Assembly: GCA_963816145.1 (NCBI GenBank)
Contig: CAWFJP010000015.1
Coordinates: forward strand, 1 to 64,000
Length of the DNA: 64,000 bases
Source of the DNA: an uncultured delta proteobacterium
GTDB taxonomy: Bacteria; Desulfobacterota; Binatia; UBA9968
Direction: 5' to 3'
The notes beneath the pieces are model-generated. The model saw only the letters and a program-made list of their open reading frames with translations. It ran no database searches and had not been told where the DNA came from. Position numbers and translations under genes: made by a program. This document shows, piece by piece, positions 40,075 to 50,719 of this stretch (position 1 is the first letter of the stretch; each line of letters opens with the position of its first letter).

Positions 40075-40638
40075 ATGGCATTACAGGAACAGAGAGCCGA
40101 CAACGCATTTGACCGCTATATCGCCGAAGTGCGCGCCGTCTGGGGTGATGGCAAGGACCCGCAGCTACCCTACAAAGTCGCCGGGCTGATGGAAAAACTT
40201 TTCGCCTCGACGAGTCCCGACGATCCCTGGATGGCCGAGATCATTCGCGACGGCAAACCATCCCGAGAGCTCTATCGCGACGCCGAGCATGGCTTCATTC
40301 AAATGGGCCATGTCCACAAACAAGGCCACGGCAACACGCCCCACGATCACGGCCCCTGCTGGGTCGTCTACGGCGCCTTTTCCGGCCTTACTGAAATCAC
40401 CAAGTACAAACGGACCGACGATGGCTCGCAACCGGGCAAATGCACGTTGGCAAAAGAGCGTCTCGATCGCCTCACTCCCGGCGCCGTGGTTCCCTACGTC
40501 AAGGGTGACATTCACTCGACCAACGCAGTTGAAGGTCCTGGCGTGGTTTTCCGCTTCTTGAGCTACGACTTGGATAAGATCGACCGCAGCCGTTACAACA
40601 TGGAAAAAGGCACGGTCATTCCGGTGCCGGCGCGGTGA
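40075..40638 (+). CDS. Cysteine dioxygenase-like cupin
   Basis: TPHDHGPCWVVYG...GDIHS; ATG after AGGAGG. Confidence 0.7.
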   Translation: MALQEQRADNAFDRYIAEVRAVWGDGKDPQLPYKVAGLMEKLFASTSPDDPWMAEIIRDGKPSRELYRDAEHGFIQMGHVHKQGHGNTPHDHGPCWVVYGAFSGLTEITKYKRTDDGSQPGKCTLAKERLDRLTPGAVVPYVKGDIHSTNAVEGPGVVFRFLSYDLDKIDRSRYNMEKGTVIPVPAR

Positions 40639-40672
40639 GATTCCGGTCTTGCGGGTTTACCGTGAGAAGATG

Positions 40673-40759
40673 TGTTCACCACGAAGGACACGAAGATCAC
40701 GAAGTTCGGAGTTTAGATGATCTGAAGCCTTCGTGTCCTTCGTGGCTTCGTGGTGAACA
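40673..40759. repeat. Family A palindromic repeat, copy 5
   Basis: TGTTCACCACGAAG...CTTCGTGGTGAACA. Confidence 0.85.
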
Positions 40760-40820
40760 AAACAAATCGCACGTGACGACAAGTATCGAGACTAACAAGC
40801 CAAAATAGCGCAATACCCCA

Positions 40821-41531
40821 ATGAGCGGCAACGACATCATCTTCGAACAGATTCGCTCTAGCGGCTGCCTATCCTACGTGTTGGGCTGCGCCCAGGAAAA
40901 GCTTTGTGTGGTCGTCGATCCCGAGATCGACAAAACCGATGACTACGCAGGTTTGGTCGATTTTTTCGGCGCAGAACTGCTCTATGTCGTCGACACGCAT
41001 ACCCATGCGGACCATAATTCCGCCTGCAAACTCATGCGCGAGCGCTACGGTGTCAAGGTGGTCATGCATCGCGCCACCGATGCGCCCTATGTCGATATCA
41101 GGGTTGAAGACGGTGAGGAAATTCGCTTCGGCAAGCAGACGCTCAAGGTGATCTACACGCCCGGCCATACGCAAGATTCCATGTGTCTGCTATTCAACGA
41201 CCGGGTTTTCACCGGCGACACCTTGCTCATCGGCGGCTGCGGCCGCACCGACCTGCCCGGCGGCAGCGCCGAGCAACAATGGGACAGCCTGCGCCGCTTG
41301 CAGGCGCTGGCGAACGAGCTCCGCGTCTATCCCGGCCACGACTACCGCGAAGCGGTATCGACCCTGGGTGATGAAAAACAAAAAAACCCACGATTGACCA
41401 TCGCCTCACGCGACGAATTCATCCAATTCATGACCTCGCGAAAACCGCCCCTACCGCGCAAAATCCAGGAAGCCTTGGAGTGGAATCGCACGCCGATCTA
41501 CCGGCAACGCGGTTTGGGCGAGGGGATTTGA
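40821..41531 (+). CDS. MBL-fold hydrolase, persulfide dioxygenase (ETHE1/PDO)-like
   Basis: CLSY, DTHTHADH, TPGHT, FTGDTLLIGGCGRTD, YPGHDY. Confidence 0.8.
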   Translation: MSGNDIIFEQIRSSGCLSYVLGCAQEKLCVVVDPEIDKTDDYAGLVDFFGAELLYVVDTHTHADHNSACKLMRERYGVKVVMHRATDAPYVDIRVEDGEEIRFGKQTLKVIYTPGHTQDSMCLLFNDRVFTGDTLLIGGCGRTDLPGGSAEQQWDSLRRLQALANELRVYPGHDYREAVSTLGDEKQKNPRLTIASRDEFIQFMTSRKPPLPRKIQEALEWNRTPIYRQRGLGEGI

Positions 41532-41657
41532 AGAATTCCAAATTCCAAATTTCAGATTCAAAATCGGACGCCCGTGATTTCGTATTTACTATTGCCTGCT
41601 ACCTAATGCCTCTTGCCTAGTCTTTCGCTTCATTGACTCCATAACCGGTGTCGTGTT

Positions 41658-43538
41658 TTGCTTGACCTTGTGAAACTAGAGCATTCAACAACACAATCTT
41701 CGAATAGTGCCATCCTCGATACCCTGCGGCGCTATTGGGGCTACAATGAGCTGCGGCCGCTGCAGGAGCAGGCGATCCGCGCTGAATTGGATCACCGCGA
41801 CTCTTTGGTCGTTATGCCCACCGGCGGCGGCAAGTCGCTGTGCTACCAGATTCCCGCGGCCGTGGCCAAGCGTACCGACATTGTCATCTCGCCGCTGATC
41901 TCGCTGATGAAAGATCAGGTCGACGGCCTGCGCGAGTGCGGCTATCCGGCCGGCGCGCTTTACAGCGGCATGCCCGCCCACGCGGTGCATGACACCGAAG
42001 CGCAATTCCTCGCCGGCCGCTATCAATTGCTCTTCGTCGCGCCGGAACGCTTGCTCATGCCGCATTTCTTGCAGTTGGCCGAGAAGATCAAGATTCATGC
42101 TTTCGCCATCGACGAGGCCCATTGCATCAGCCATTGGGGCCATGATTTTCGCCCGGAGTATCGCCGTCTGGCGGAACTAAAAAAACATTTTCCCAAAGCC
42201 AGTCTCCACGCCTACACCGCCACCGCAACGGAGCGAGTGCGCCTCGACATCGCCCAGCAGTTGAAGCTGCATAATCCCGAACTGCTGGTCGGCACTTTCG
42301 ACCGGCCCAACCTGGTCTATCGCATTGTGCCGCGCGTCGACGCCCGCGGTCAGGTGTTGGAAATATTGAAGCGCCACCGCAATCAAGCGGCGATCGTTTA
42401 TTGCATCAGCCGCAACGACACCGAATCGATGGCCAAGTTTCTCCAAACCAACAACATCCGCGCGGCCTTCTATCACGCCGGCATGGAGCCCGATCAACGG
42501 CGACGCACCCAGGAAGAGTTCACGTCGGAAGCGCTCGACGTGGTCGCTGCGACGGTCGCCTTCGGCATGGGCATCGATCGCAGTGACGTGCGCTGCGTTA
42601 TCCATGCCGCCATGCCGAAATCCATCGAGCACTACCAGCAGGAGACCGGCCGCGCCGGGCGCGACGGCTTGGAAGCCGAATGCGTGCTGCTCTACTCTGC
42701 CGCCGACGCCATGCGCTGGGATTCGCTCATCACCCGCAACGCCAGCGACGCCGAGACTGCGCCGGAAACTATAGCCGCCTCACGCCAGTTGCTCGATCAC
42801 ATGCGCCAGTTATGCAGTGGGATCCACTGCCGGCACAGAAAATTGTCGGAATACTTCGGCCAGCCCTATCCCAAGCAAAATTGCGAAGCCTGCGATGTCT
42901 GTCTCAGCGAAGTTGAGGGATTGGCCGACGGCACCGTGACGGCGCAAAAAATCCTTTCCTGCGTCGCCCGCGTCGGCGAGCGCTTTGGTGCCGCGCACAT
43001 CGTCGACGTCCTCGCTGGCGCCGACACCGAACGGGTGCGCCGCTGGGGCCACGACAAACTCAGCACCCACGGCCTGATGAAAGACACTGATCGCAAGAGC
43101 CTGACTAACATGGTGTACCAACTCATCGATAACGGCCTGTTAGAACGGACGGACGAAGAGTATCCCGTGCTGCGCCTGAACGACGCCTCGCGTGAAGTCC
43201 TAAAAGGTCAACGCAGCGTTCAGCTCGTCGAACCGAAGATTAAAGTGAAAGTGAAAAAGACCCGCTTCGACGAAAAGTCGTGGGAAAACGTCGACGAGGG
43301 ATTGTTCGAAGCGCTGCGAAGCTTGCGCAGAAAACTCGCCGACCAACGCGGCGTGCCCGCCTACGTCCTATTCAACGACGCCACCCTGCGCGACATGGCG
43401 CGCACCCGGCCAGGGTCCCTTGGTTCCTTACTGAACATCCGCGGTGTCGGTGAAAAGAAGCTTGCCGATCTCGGTGACCCGTTTCTTGAAGCGATATCGA
43501 ACTACTGCCGGGAAAAGCGATTGGAGTTGGATCTGTGA
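41658..43538 (+). CDS. recQ: ATP-dependent DNA helicase RecQ
   Basis: MPTGGGKSLCYQ, IDEAHCISHWGHDFRPEY, QETGRAGRDG, RQC and HRDC domains. Confidence 0.96.
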   Translation: MLDLVKLEHSTTQSSNSAILDTLRRYWGYNELRPLQEQAIRAELDHRDSLVVMPTGGGKSLCYQIPAAVAKRTDIVISPLISLMKDQVDGLRECGYPAGALYSGMPAHAVHDTEAQFLAGRYQLLFVAPERLLMPHFLQLAEKIKIHAFAIDEAHCISHWGHDFRPEYRRLAELKKHFPKASLHAYTATATERVRLDIAQQLKLHNPELLVGTFDRPNLVYRIVPRVDARGQVLEILKRHRNQAAIVYCISRNDTESMAKFLQTNNIRAAFYHAGMEPDQRRRTQEEFTSEALDVVAATVAFGMGIDRSDVRCVIHAAMPKSIEHYQQETGRAGRDGLEAECVLLYSAADAMRWDSLITRNASDAETAPETIAASRQLLDHMRQLCSGIHCRHRKLSEYFGQPYPKQNCEACDVCLSEVEGLADGTVTAQKILSCVARVGERFGAAHIVDVLAGADTERVRRWGHDKLSTHGLMKDTDRKSLTNMVYQLIDNGLLERTDEEYPVLRLNDASREVLKGQRSVQLVEPKIKVKVKKTRFDEKSWENVDEGLFEALRSLRRKLADQRGVPAYVLFNDATLRDMARTRPGSLGSLLNIRGVGEKKLADLGDPFLEAISNYCREKRLELDL

Positions 43539-43722
43539 GTTGTGAAAGAACCGCAAGTGGGCGAAATGACCGACCCCTGCCTAACATGACGATAAGTTAT
43601 GCGTACAAAACACGCACCTAAGCTCAGCCCCCAAAGCATATGCGATACGCCCCTTGTCGGATTTCCTCCTGGATATTTTATGTGCCCTCTGCGTTCGTTG
43701 CGGCCAAACTTCCGAATCCTGC

Positions 43723-46551
43723 TTATCCTTCATCCTTCTTGAAATAGTACGCTTCCGGCGCCGGTTTGTACGAGCGCGGCAGCCAGAGCGGACGGCGCAG
43801 ATTGTTCGGTCCCGGAGCCGGGCGGGTCTTGAGCATCCACTTCTTGTACACCTCATGCGACTTGTTGGTGTCGACGAAGACGTCCCCGTACTTGTCGTCG
43901 GGACCTGGTTTCGTCACCCGTACCTTTTGATGCCAGCAGTGCTGGCCGCTGATAAAATCGGGCTGCACCGGGAAAGTTAAATTCTGATGGACGCCGCCGT
44001 CCTGCCAAAAGATGCGTGAGGAATCGGGATCGCCGCTTTTGAACGGCTGGATGCCGTGGATCGTCCGCATCATCCATTTGCCCTCGCCCATTTGCTTCAA
44101 GTCGACCAGCGCCGTCGACCACCGCTCTCCGCCTTGATCCTCTGCCAAACGCCAGCGGCCGAGATGATGCGAGCAGGCGATGACGCCGGGCTTGATCCCT
44201 TCGGTGACCCAAACCTTATCGATGAAATAGCCAATCTCGGTGTGGACTTTCAAAAGGTCGCCGGTTTTGACGTCGAAGTTCTGCGCGTCCGTGGAATTTA
44301 ACCAGAGCGGGTTGCGATTGGAAATCTCATAGAGCCACTTGGCATTACCCGAACGCGTATGGATCAACGTCGGCAAACGGAAAGTCGGCAGGAGCAACAT
44401 CTCGCCGGCATTAATGTCGATATTGTCGGGATGGACATGGCTCTTAATGTAACCGGGGATGGCATGCTCGGGCCACTTCCAATCCTTGATCGTCTTAGAA
44501 AAGAATTCCAACTTGCGCGACGGCGTCGGAAAGCCGACCACAGCCTTGCCGTCGATTTCGACGCCCAGCGCCGCGCCATTTTTGGCGACGATTTTGGTCG
44601 TTGCATCGACCGTCGAGTCGGCGAGATCGGCGCTCTTTACCGTAGCTTCGTGGACTTTGTAAACGTTGTCTTCGATCAAAAACGCGCCGTACTTGCGCAT
44701 GTATTCGAGCGGGGTTAATCCTTGCTTGCCTGCCGCTTCCGGGAGTCCCGGCACGCTATTCTCGAACATCCAGCGATAGTAATCGTCCACCGTCATCTTT
44801 TTGCCGGGCTCGTAGGGCGATTCGAAATACTTGCGAATGCCCATGGAACCGTCGGGATCGACGCGCCAGGACAGCTCGATCCAAAATTCGTCTTCTTCCC
44901 ACACCTGGCCGATGCCGGCGGCTTCATGGGCTTCGTAGGTGGTGTTGAATTTCTTGCCCTGCTTTTCCAAAGCGACGCGCAGAACCGGCTGGCGGAAGCC
45001 GATCCAGCGCGCCGCCTGGGTCTCCTGGCTCATCACATCATGGCGCTCGGAACCATGACCCATCGGCAGAACGTAATCGGCAAACCACGCGGTCTCGCTC
45101 CAAGTCGGGGTTAGACAAGCATGACGTTCGATTTTGCTCTCGTCGGACAGCATCTCGATCCAGCTCATGCCGTCCGGGTTGGTCCACACCGGGTTGTAGA
45201 CGCGGGTAAAGTACATCGCCAATTTGCCGCGCCCTTCTTTGATGAAGTGCGGCAAGAGAAAACTCATCTCGAAAAACGCCAGCGGAAACTCTTTCGGAAT
45301 CAGCAGCTCATTCCACACCTTCGATGGCGGCGGCATCAACGGCGGCGCTGGAATGAACTTATTCGCCGCATTGGGCGCGGTGCCGCCAACGGTGCCGACG
45401 GCGCCGACCAGGACGCTGAGAAATTGCAGAGCCCGGGCGACTTGCCAGCCGCCGAGGTTGCCGGCCGCGGTGTTGCGCCAAACATGAGCGGCAAACGCCG
45501 AACCCGCTTTAGCGACCTCGTGAGCCACTGCGACGATCACACCCGGCTCGATGCCGGCCTCTTTGGCGGCGAATTCAGGGGTGTACTGGGCATAGACTTC
45601 TTTGAGCACGGCAACGAAGCTGGCAAAACTTACCTGCTTGTCCGGATGTTCTTCGCGCAAATATTCTTCCCAATTGACCCAGTGACGCACGAACTCGCGG
45701 TCGAACAGATCCTCTTGCAGGAGCACATTGCACATCGCCAGGAGCACGGCCGACTCGCTGCCGGGCCAGGTCGACATCCAATAGTCCGCCTTCGACGCGG
45801 TGTTGGAGAGCCGCGTGTCGATGACGCAAATCTTGGTGCCGGCTTCTTTGGCTTCGATAATCCGCTGGGCGTGAGGATTGAAATAGTGACCGGTCTCCAG
45901 GTGCGAGCTCAAGAGCAAAATAAAGCGCGCATTGGCATGATCGGGCGACGGCCGGTCGATGCCGGACCAGAAAGCGTAACCCGCGCGGGCGCCGGCCGAG
46001 CAAACATTAGTGTGGCTGTTATGACCGTCGATGCCCCAGGAATGCAGAATGCGTTGATGATAGAGCAGCTCGTGGCCAGGACGGCCGACATGGTACATGA
46101 TTTCGTTGCGCCGCTCTTCGTGGAGCGCCTTGCGAACCCGTCCGGCGATGTCGTCCAGCACTTCATCCCAACTGACCCGCTCCCATTTACCTTCGCCGCG
46201 TTTGCCGACCCGCTTTAGCGGATAGCGGATGCGTTCCGGATCGGTCACTTGATTGAGCGTCGCAGGCCCTTTGGCGCAATTGCGGCCGCGGCTGCCGGGA
46301 TGTTCGGGATTGCCTTCGAAGCGGCGGATCTTGTTGGTGTCCATCTCGACGACCGCGACCAGCCCGCAAGCCGCTTCGCAGTTGAAACAAATCGTCGGAA
46401 TGATCCGGCAATGCTTCTCGACCTTGCGCGGCCATTGCGCCGTGTCGTACTCAACCCAATCGTCCCATTTTTCAATTGGCGGGTAATTGACCAAGCCGTT
46501 GGGCTCCAACTTTAAGGCATCAGGATTAAGCGGCACGCGCGGTTCATTCAT
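43723..46551 (-). CDS. Molybdopterin (bis-MGD) oxidoreductase catalytic subunit, Psr/Phs-like
   Basis: CFNCEAAC...CAKG Fe-S motif, HTNVCS ligand region, IHTRS; no Tat signal. Confidence 0.88.
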   Translation of the reverse strand: MNEPRVPLNPDALKLEPNGLVNYPPIEKWDDWVEYDTAQWPRKVEKHCRIIPTICFNCEAACGLVAVVEMDTNKIRRFEGNPEHPGSRGRNCAKGPATLNQVTDPERIRYPLKRVGKRGEGKWERVSWDEVLDDIAGRVRKALHEERRNEIMYHVGRPGHELLYHQRILHSWGIDGHNSHTNVCSAGARAGYAFWSGIDRPSPDHANARFILLLSSHLETGHYFNPHAQRIIEAKEAGTKICVIDTRLSNTASKADYWMSTWPGSESAVLLAMCNVLLQEDLFDREFVRHWVNWEEYLREEHPDKQVSFASFVAVLKEVYAQYTPEFAAKEAGIEPGVIVAVAHEVAKAGSAFAAHVWRNTAAGNLGGWQVARALQFLSVLVGAVGTVGGTAPNAANKFIPAPPLMPPPSKVWNELLIPKEFPLAFFEMSFLLPHFIKEGRGKLAMYFTRVYNPVWTNPDGMSWIEMLSDESKIERHACLTPTWSETAWFADYVLPMGHGSERHDVMSQETQAARWIGFRQPVLRVALEKQGKKFNTTYEAHEAAGIGQVWEEDEFWIELSWRVDPDGSMGIRKYFESPYEPGKKMTVDDYYRWMFENSVPGLPEAAGKQGLTPLEYMRKYGAFLIEDNVYKVHEATVKSADLADSTVDATTKIVAKNGAALGVEIDGKAVVGFPTPSRKLEFFSKTIKDWKWPEHAIPGYIKSHVHPDNIDINAGEMLLLPTFRLPTLIHTRSGNAKWLYEISNRNPLWLNSTDAQNFDVKTGDLLKVHTEIGYFIDKVWVTEGIKPGVIACSHHLGRWRLAEDQGGERWSTALVDLKQMGEGKWMMRTIHGIQPFKSGDPDSSRIFWQDGGVHQNLTFPVQPDFISGQHCWHQKVRVTKPGPDDKYGDVFVDTNKSHEVYKKWMLKTRPAPGPNNLRRPLWLPRSYKPAPEAYYFKKDEG

Positions 46552-46608
46552 TATTCAAATCCTTCTGAATCAGACTTCTGAATTCTGACTGCCGACTTTT
46601 GGTTACAC

Positions 46609-48132
46609 TCAGCTCAGCGGCACAGCCTGGCCGGCTCTGACCCACAGATGCTCGTACATCCATAGTCCGAAGAGCGCCAGCAACGCAGCAGCGATATTCG
46701 GGATCAATGAACTGATCGGCCAAAGCACCAAGACGATGGGTAGAATCGTGCCGGCAATGACGACGAAGAGCCAAAACGATCTTTTCAGCGGCCCGCGCAC
46801 AAGCATCTCGCCGGCGCGCACGGCGTCTTCTGCGCCATGCTTCATAAACAACTCGCCGAAGATCATTGCCAAGCTCAGACATAGCGAGATCACCAGCAAA
46901 TGGCCGAGCCAGCTGAATAGCGGCAGCGTGACACCGAGCACGCTCCCGATGAGCGTCAACGTCGCCGCGCCGGCGGCGATCGCTTGGATGAGCAAATGCC
47001 AGAACAACAATGGACTTTGCCAAAAATCCCGGCCGCGCGCCTGGGCGAAAAGAAAAGCCGAATAACCCGCCGAGGCGACGGCAAAAGTCGCGGTCGCCCA
47101 GACCAACAAGGGATGGATGCCGTTGCCTGTGAGCATGAGCGCTAGCCATACCGACAAGAGAATGCCGAAGATCGTCAAGACATAACCGCCCAGCACCAGC
47201 CAGGAGTTGAGGTTGGGCTTGGTGAGAATGTAAAAGAAACGGCCGGGCTTTTTCAGATCGAGCACTAATAGCAACATCGTCGCGGCGAGAAAGCTCAACG
47301 AGACGATCGGACCCACCAGACTCAACACACCGGCATCTTGCTCGAAGCCCATGTTCAGAAACAACGCCGACAGCAACAGCACGCCGGCGGAAATCGATTT
47401 GGTCCACAAATAGGACGCGATCTTTTTGCCCCAAGGGGTCTCATGCGGTACGTCATAAACTTCCCGCGCCGCCCCAGGGGTGGATCGCTCGCTGTGCGGC
47501 ACGCGCAGAGCATACAGATCCTCGCCCGGATCTTTGTCGGCCCAGAAATAGTTATCCTGCGGCTCCATCATGGTAGGATTCAGCAGATCGCCGTCAACGC
47601 CGGCATAGAAAAGTTTCGGCTTGGTGCCCTTCTCGGCTTTGCGCACGCTGACTTTCTCCATGGCGATACGCTTGCTGATGGTGCTGTTGGCATCGTCGAG
47701 GTCGCCGGAAAGAATCGCCTGGGTCGGACAGACGACTTCGCAGGCGGGCTTGTAGCCCATCTCGACCCGCGAAGCATCGAAGTTACACTTGGCCGCGGTG
47801 TTGCGATCGGGATCGATGTAGAGCGCGTCGTACGGGCACGCCTGCATGCAGGATTTGCAGCCGATGCAGCGCTCGTTATCGAAGTCGACGATGCCGTCCG
47901 GACGGCGAAACAACGCCACTGTCGGACAGATCTCGATACAAGGCGCATCGTCGCAGTGATTGCAGCGCAGCACCGCGAAATGGCGCCGGGTGTCGGGATA
48001 AACTCCCTTCTCGACATACTTGACCCAAGTACGATTCACGCCCACCGGGATGTTATGTTCTTCTTTACAGGCCACCGTGCAGGCGTGGCAGCCGATGCAG
48101 CGATGCTGATCGATAAGAAATCCGTAGCGCAT
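46609..48132 (-). CDS. Fused 4Fe-4S dicluster (NrfC/PsrB) and NrfD/PsrC membrane anchor
   Basis: CIGCHAC, CNHC, CIGCKSC, CNFD (one Cys replaced by Asp); PWG...YLWTKS, DLKKPGRF and multiple TM helices. Confidence 0.88.
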   Translation of the reverse strand: MRYGFLIDQHRCIGCHACTVACKEEHNIPVGVNRTWVKYVEKGVYPDTRRHFAVLRCNHCDDAPCIEICPTVALFRRPDGIVDFDNERCIGCKSCMQACPYDALYIDPDRNTAAKCNFDASRVEMGYKPACEVVCPTQAILSGDLDDANSTISKRIAMEKVSVRKAEKGTKPKLFYAGVDGDLLNPTMMEPQDNYFWADKDPGEDLYALRVPHSERSTPGAAREVYDVPHETPWGKKIASYLWTKSISAGVLLLSALFLNMGFEQDAGVLSLVGPIVSLSFLAATMLLLVLDLKKPGRFFYILTKPNLNSWLVLGGYVLTIFGILLSVWLALMLTGNGIHPLLVWATATFAVASAGYSAFLFAQARGRDFWQSPLLFWHLLIQAIAAGAATLTLIGSVLGVTLPLFSWLGHLLVISLCLSLAMIFGELFMKHGAEDAVRAGEMLVRGPLKRSFWLFVVIAGTILPIVLVLWPISSLIPNIAAALLALFGLWMYEHLWVRAGQAVPLS

Positions 48133-48248
48133 TACAAACCTTTCCGATCAACTAACTTAACAATCTGATTGCGAAGTTAAAGTTTCGACTCTGATAGCAG
48201 GAATGTTCAGGCTGGGTCAATTGAATGGTGAAGAATTCTTCCGAAAGG

Positions 48249-48332
48249 ATTCACCACAAAGTCGCGAAGCGCACGAAGTTGGGAATATTATTTATCCAAA
48301 CCCTTCGTGTCCTTCGTGCCTTCGTGGTGAAT
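48249..48332. repeat. Family A palindromic repeat, copy 6
   Basis: ATTCACCAC...CTTCGTGGTGAAT. Confidence 0.8.
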
Positions 48333-48343
48333 GGAAATTCGCG

Positions 48344-49792
48344 TTAGACTTTTCGCGTCGAAAATGCCGGCGGGATGATTTGTTCGACGCTGCGGCCGTT
48401 CCAATCGCGCGCCGGCCAAGCATCCCAGGCGCGCTTGGCCCCGGCCTCGGCCTGAGCGAAGAGTTCGTCGTCGTTGATGCGCGTCGAGCGGCCATTGTCG
48501 ACGACCACTTCGCCGTCGACCATTACCATCTCGACATCGGCGCCGCTGCCGTACTCGACCAGTGCGTTGATCGGATCGCGCGTTGGACCGTAACGGGTGG
48601 TGCGCAGATTGACGATCACCAGATCTGCCTTGGTGCCGACTGCGAGCCGGCCCAGATCGGAGCGCCCGAGCGCATCAGCACCGCCGATGGTCGCCGCGTT
48701 GAAGACCGCCGCGGCACGGGCGCCGGACGCTTTGCGATCGACCAGCCGGGAAATCAGCGAGGCGTAGCGCATCTCGGAAACGATATCGAGCGGATAAGTA
48801 TCTGTCCCCAAACCGATGCGCACGCCTGCTTCCAGATAGCGGTCGAACGACTCCATGGCAAACGCCATCTTCGCGCACTTGTGCGGGCAGTGGCCGACGG
48901 TGGCGCCGGTCTCGGCGAGTATCTTCATCTCATCTCCGAGTGGATAATCGACCCGGGAATGACCGCCGGTGATCGCCATATGACCGAGCGTCGTGCGCGG
49001 GCCGAGAATGCCGACATCGGCCAGATACTCAGCCACCGGCTTACGATACTTGTTGAGGATTTCTAGGAACTCGCGAAAGTTGCCGCCGGCATGGATATGC
49101 AGCGGCACGTCCAACTCTTTGGCCGCGGCGACCGACTCTTTCAACAACGACGGCTCGCAGGTTTCCGCCTGGGCCGGATTCAAGATCCCTTGCAAGCGGC
49201 CGTTATGGGCGCCGTGAAACTTCTTGATGAAATCGACGGCGAGTTTGAGCCCTGGCCTGCCCTTGTCCGGCCGCTCTTCATAGTAGTGGCGCCCTTCGGC
49301 GTCGGTGAAAATATCATGGCTGCGAAACGGCGGACTGAAGAACACCCGCCCGCCGGTCTGGCCAACGATGGCGACATAATCGTCAAGAGCGCCCGGACCG
49401 CCACCGGGATCGAGAACCGTTGTCGCGCCGTTTCTTAACGCGCTGTAGAGCGCGTATTTGCGCCCGAGAGCCACCGCCGGCGGCGCTGGTGGTTCGATCT
49501 TTTCCTTCAACGGCGCACCAAAAACGAACCAATTGGCGGCAAGATAATCTTTCTTGGTGATATCGGTAAGGAGATAATCGCCGACGTTGAGCTGGGAATG
49601 AACATGCAGATTGACGAACCCAGGACAAACAAGTTTGCCTCTGGCATCGATCACACGATCCACCGGCTGCGACCTGTCCGCGCCCACCGACTTGATGGCA
49701 TTACCATCGATAACCACCGAACCGTTGGGGATAATTTCATGGCTAGTGCCGGACCAGCCGACGACAACGCCGCCGTCGATGCGAATGCTCAT
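48344..49792 (-). CDS. Amidohydrolase (chlorohydrolase/deaminase-like)
   Basis: PGFVNLHVH, HIHAG, GLGTD, ADLV. Confidence 0.88.
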   Translation of the reverse strand: MSIRIDGGVVVGWSGTSHEIIPNGSVVIDGNAIKSVGADRSQPVDRVIDARGKLVCPGFVNLHVHSQLNVGDYLLTDITKKDYLAANWFVFGAPLKEKIEPPAPPAVALGRKYALYSALRNGATTVLDPGGGPGALDDYVAIVGQTGGRVFFSPPFRSHDIFTDAEGRHYYEERPDKGRPGLKLAVDFIKKFHGAHNGRLQGILNPAQAETCEPSLLKESVAAAKELDVPLHIHAGGNFREFLEILNKYRKPVAEYLADVGILGPRTTLGHMAITGGHSRVDYPLGDEMKILAETGATVGHCPHKCAKMAFAMESFDRYLEAGVRIGLGTDTYPLDIVSEMRYASLISRLVDRKASGARAAAVFNAATIGGADALGRSDLGRLAVGTKADLVIVNLRTTRYGPTRDPINALVEYGSGADVEMVMVDGEVVVDNGRSTRINDDELFAQAEAGAKRAWDAWPARDWNGRSVEQIIPPAFSTRKV

Positions 49793-50014
49793 ACTGATTC
49801 CTTCTCGGGAGTTTTTACATCCTCCCCCGCTGAGACTGTATCGCCACTGTCATTCCGAGGCGAAGCCGAGGAATCCCTTCTTCGTACGTGGCTGAAAGCA
49901 CGAGATCCCTCGCTGCGGTCGGGATGACAGATGTGGGACATTTGCGCATTGCGACACAGACTCCCTGGGAGAGTACCAAGGCGAGGCGAATGCACTTATT
50001 GCCGCGCACTCCAT

Positions 50015-50719
50015 CTATAGCGCCGGCGTATCATCTTCCTTGCCGTGCAGTGCATACCAGTAAATATTGTTCATATAACGCCAACGCCGAATGGTGGCGT
50101 CCTCTACCTGCTTGATCGCCGCAGCTTGCAACTCCGGCGTAGTGCAGTATTTCTCGACAATAGCGAAACCCTTCGACCCATGGATTTCGTCAGCGTAAAT
50201 ATGTTCTTCGAAAAAGCGGATATCGCGCGCCTTCGGTTTATGGCCATAATGTTGGTGCAGCGCGGGCACGATTTTTTTGCAAATATCGAGGAACTGCGAC
50301 TCCAAGCCGATGAACATGCCGGCCAACGCGACCGGCCAGGGGCGCTGGTACACCATGCGCCAACCCCAGCATTGCAGCGCATCGGTGCCGCCCAGAACGA
50401 TGGATGACTCGACGCTGTCTCGCTCCACGCCGCAGGCACCGACAAAGTCCTTGAGCATGTCGAGATGGCGATCGTCGGGATTCTCCTCATCGCCGAGATT
50501 CTCGAACAAATAGTTTTTCACGTCGCGCTCTTCGATCTGCGACCCTTGGTAGGCGAGCCAGTTGAGAAACTGCGCAACAAAATGAAAGTGCTGGGTGCAA
50601 TAGAAAGCCATCTGCTCTTTGGTCAGCTTGCCCTGCGCCCAAAGCTCGAAAAACGGATGATTCTTGCTGTGCTTCCGGTCGCGGGCAGCGACCAATCGAT
50701 CGTGAAAAGAGTTGCTCAT
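50015..50719 (-). CDS. CADD-like heme-oxygenase-like diiron protein
   Basis: ENLGDEENPDDRH, LESQ, FFEEHIYADEIH. Confidence 0.82.
   Translation of the reverse strand: MSNSFHDRLVAARDRKHSKNHPFFELWAQGKLTKEQMAFYCTQHFHFVAQFLNWLAYQGSQIEERDVKNYLFENLGDEENPDDRHLDMLKDFVGACGVERDSVESSIVLGGTDALQCWGWRMVYQRPWPVALAGMFIGLESQFLDICKKIVPALHQHYGHKPKARDIRFFEEHIYADEIHGSKGFAIVEKYCTTPELQAAAIKQVEDATIRRWRYMNNIYWYALHGKEDDTPAL

Noticed and set aside
41529-41531. Other TGA stops as selenocysteine (PDO 41529, flavoprotein 13865, HDO 17470, cupin 40636, NrfD 46609, recQ 43536)
   Set aside because: The proteins are already full length, and what follows is a repeat, an RBS or non-homologous sequence.
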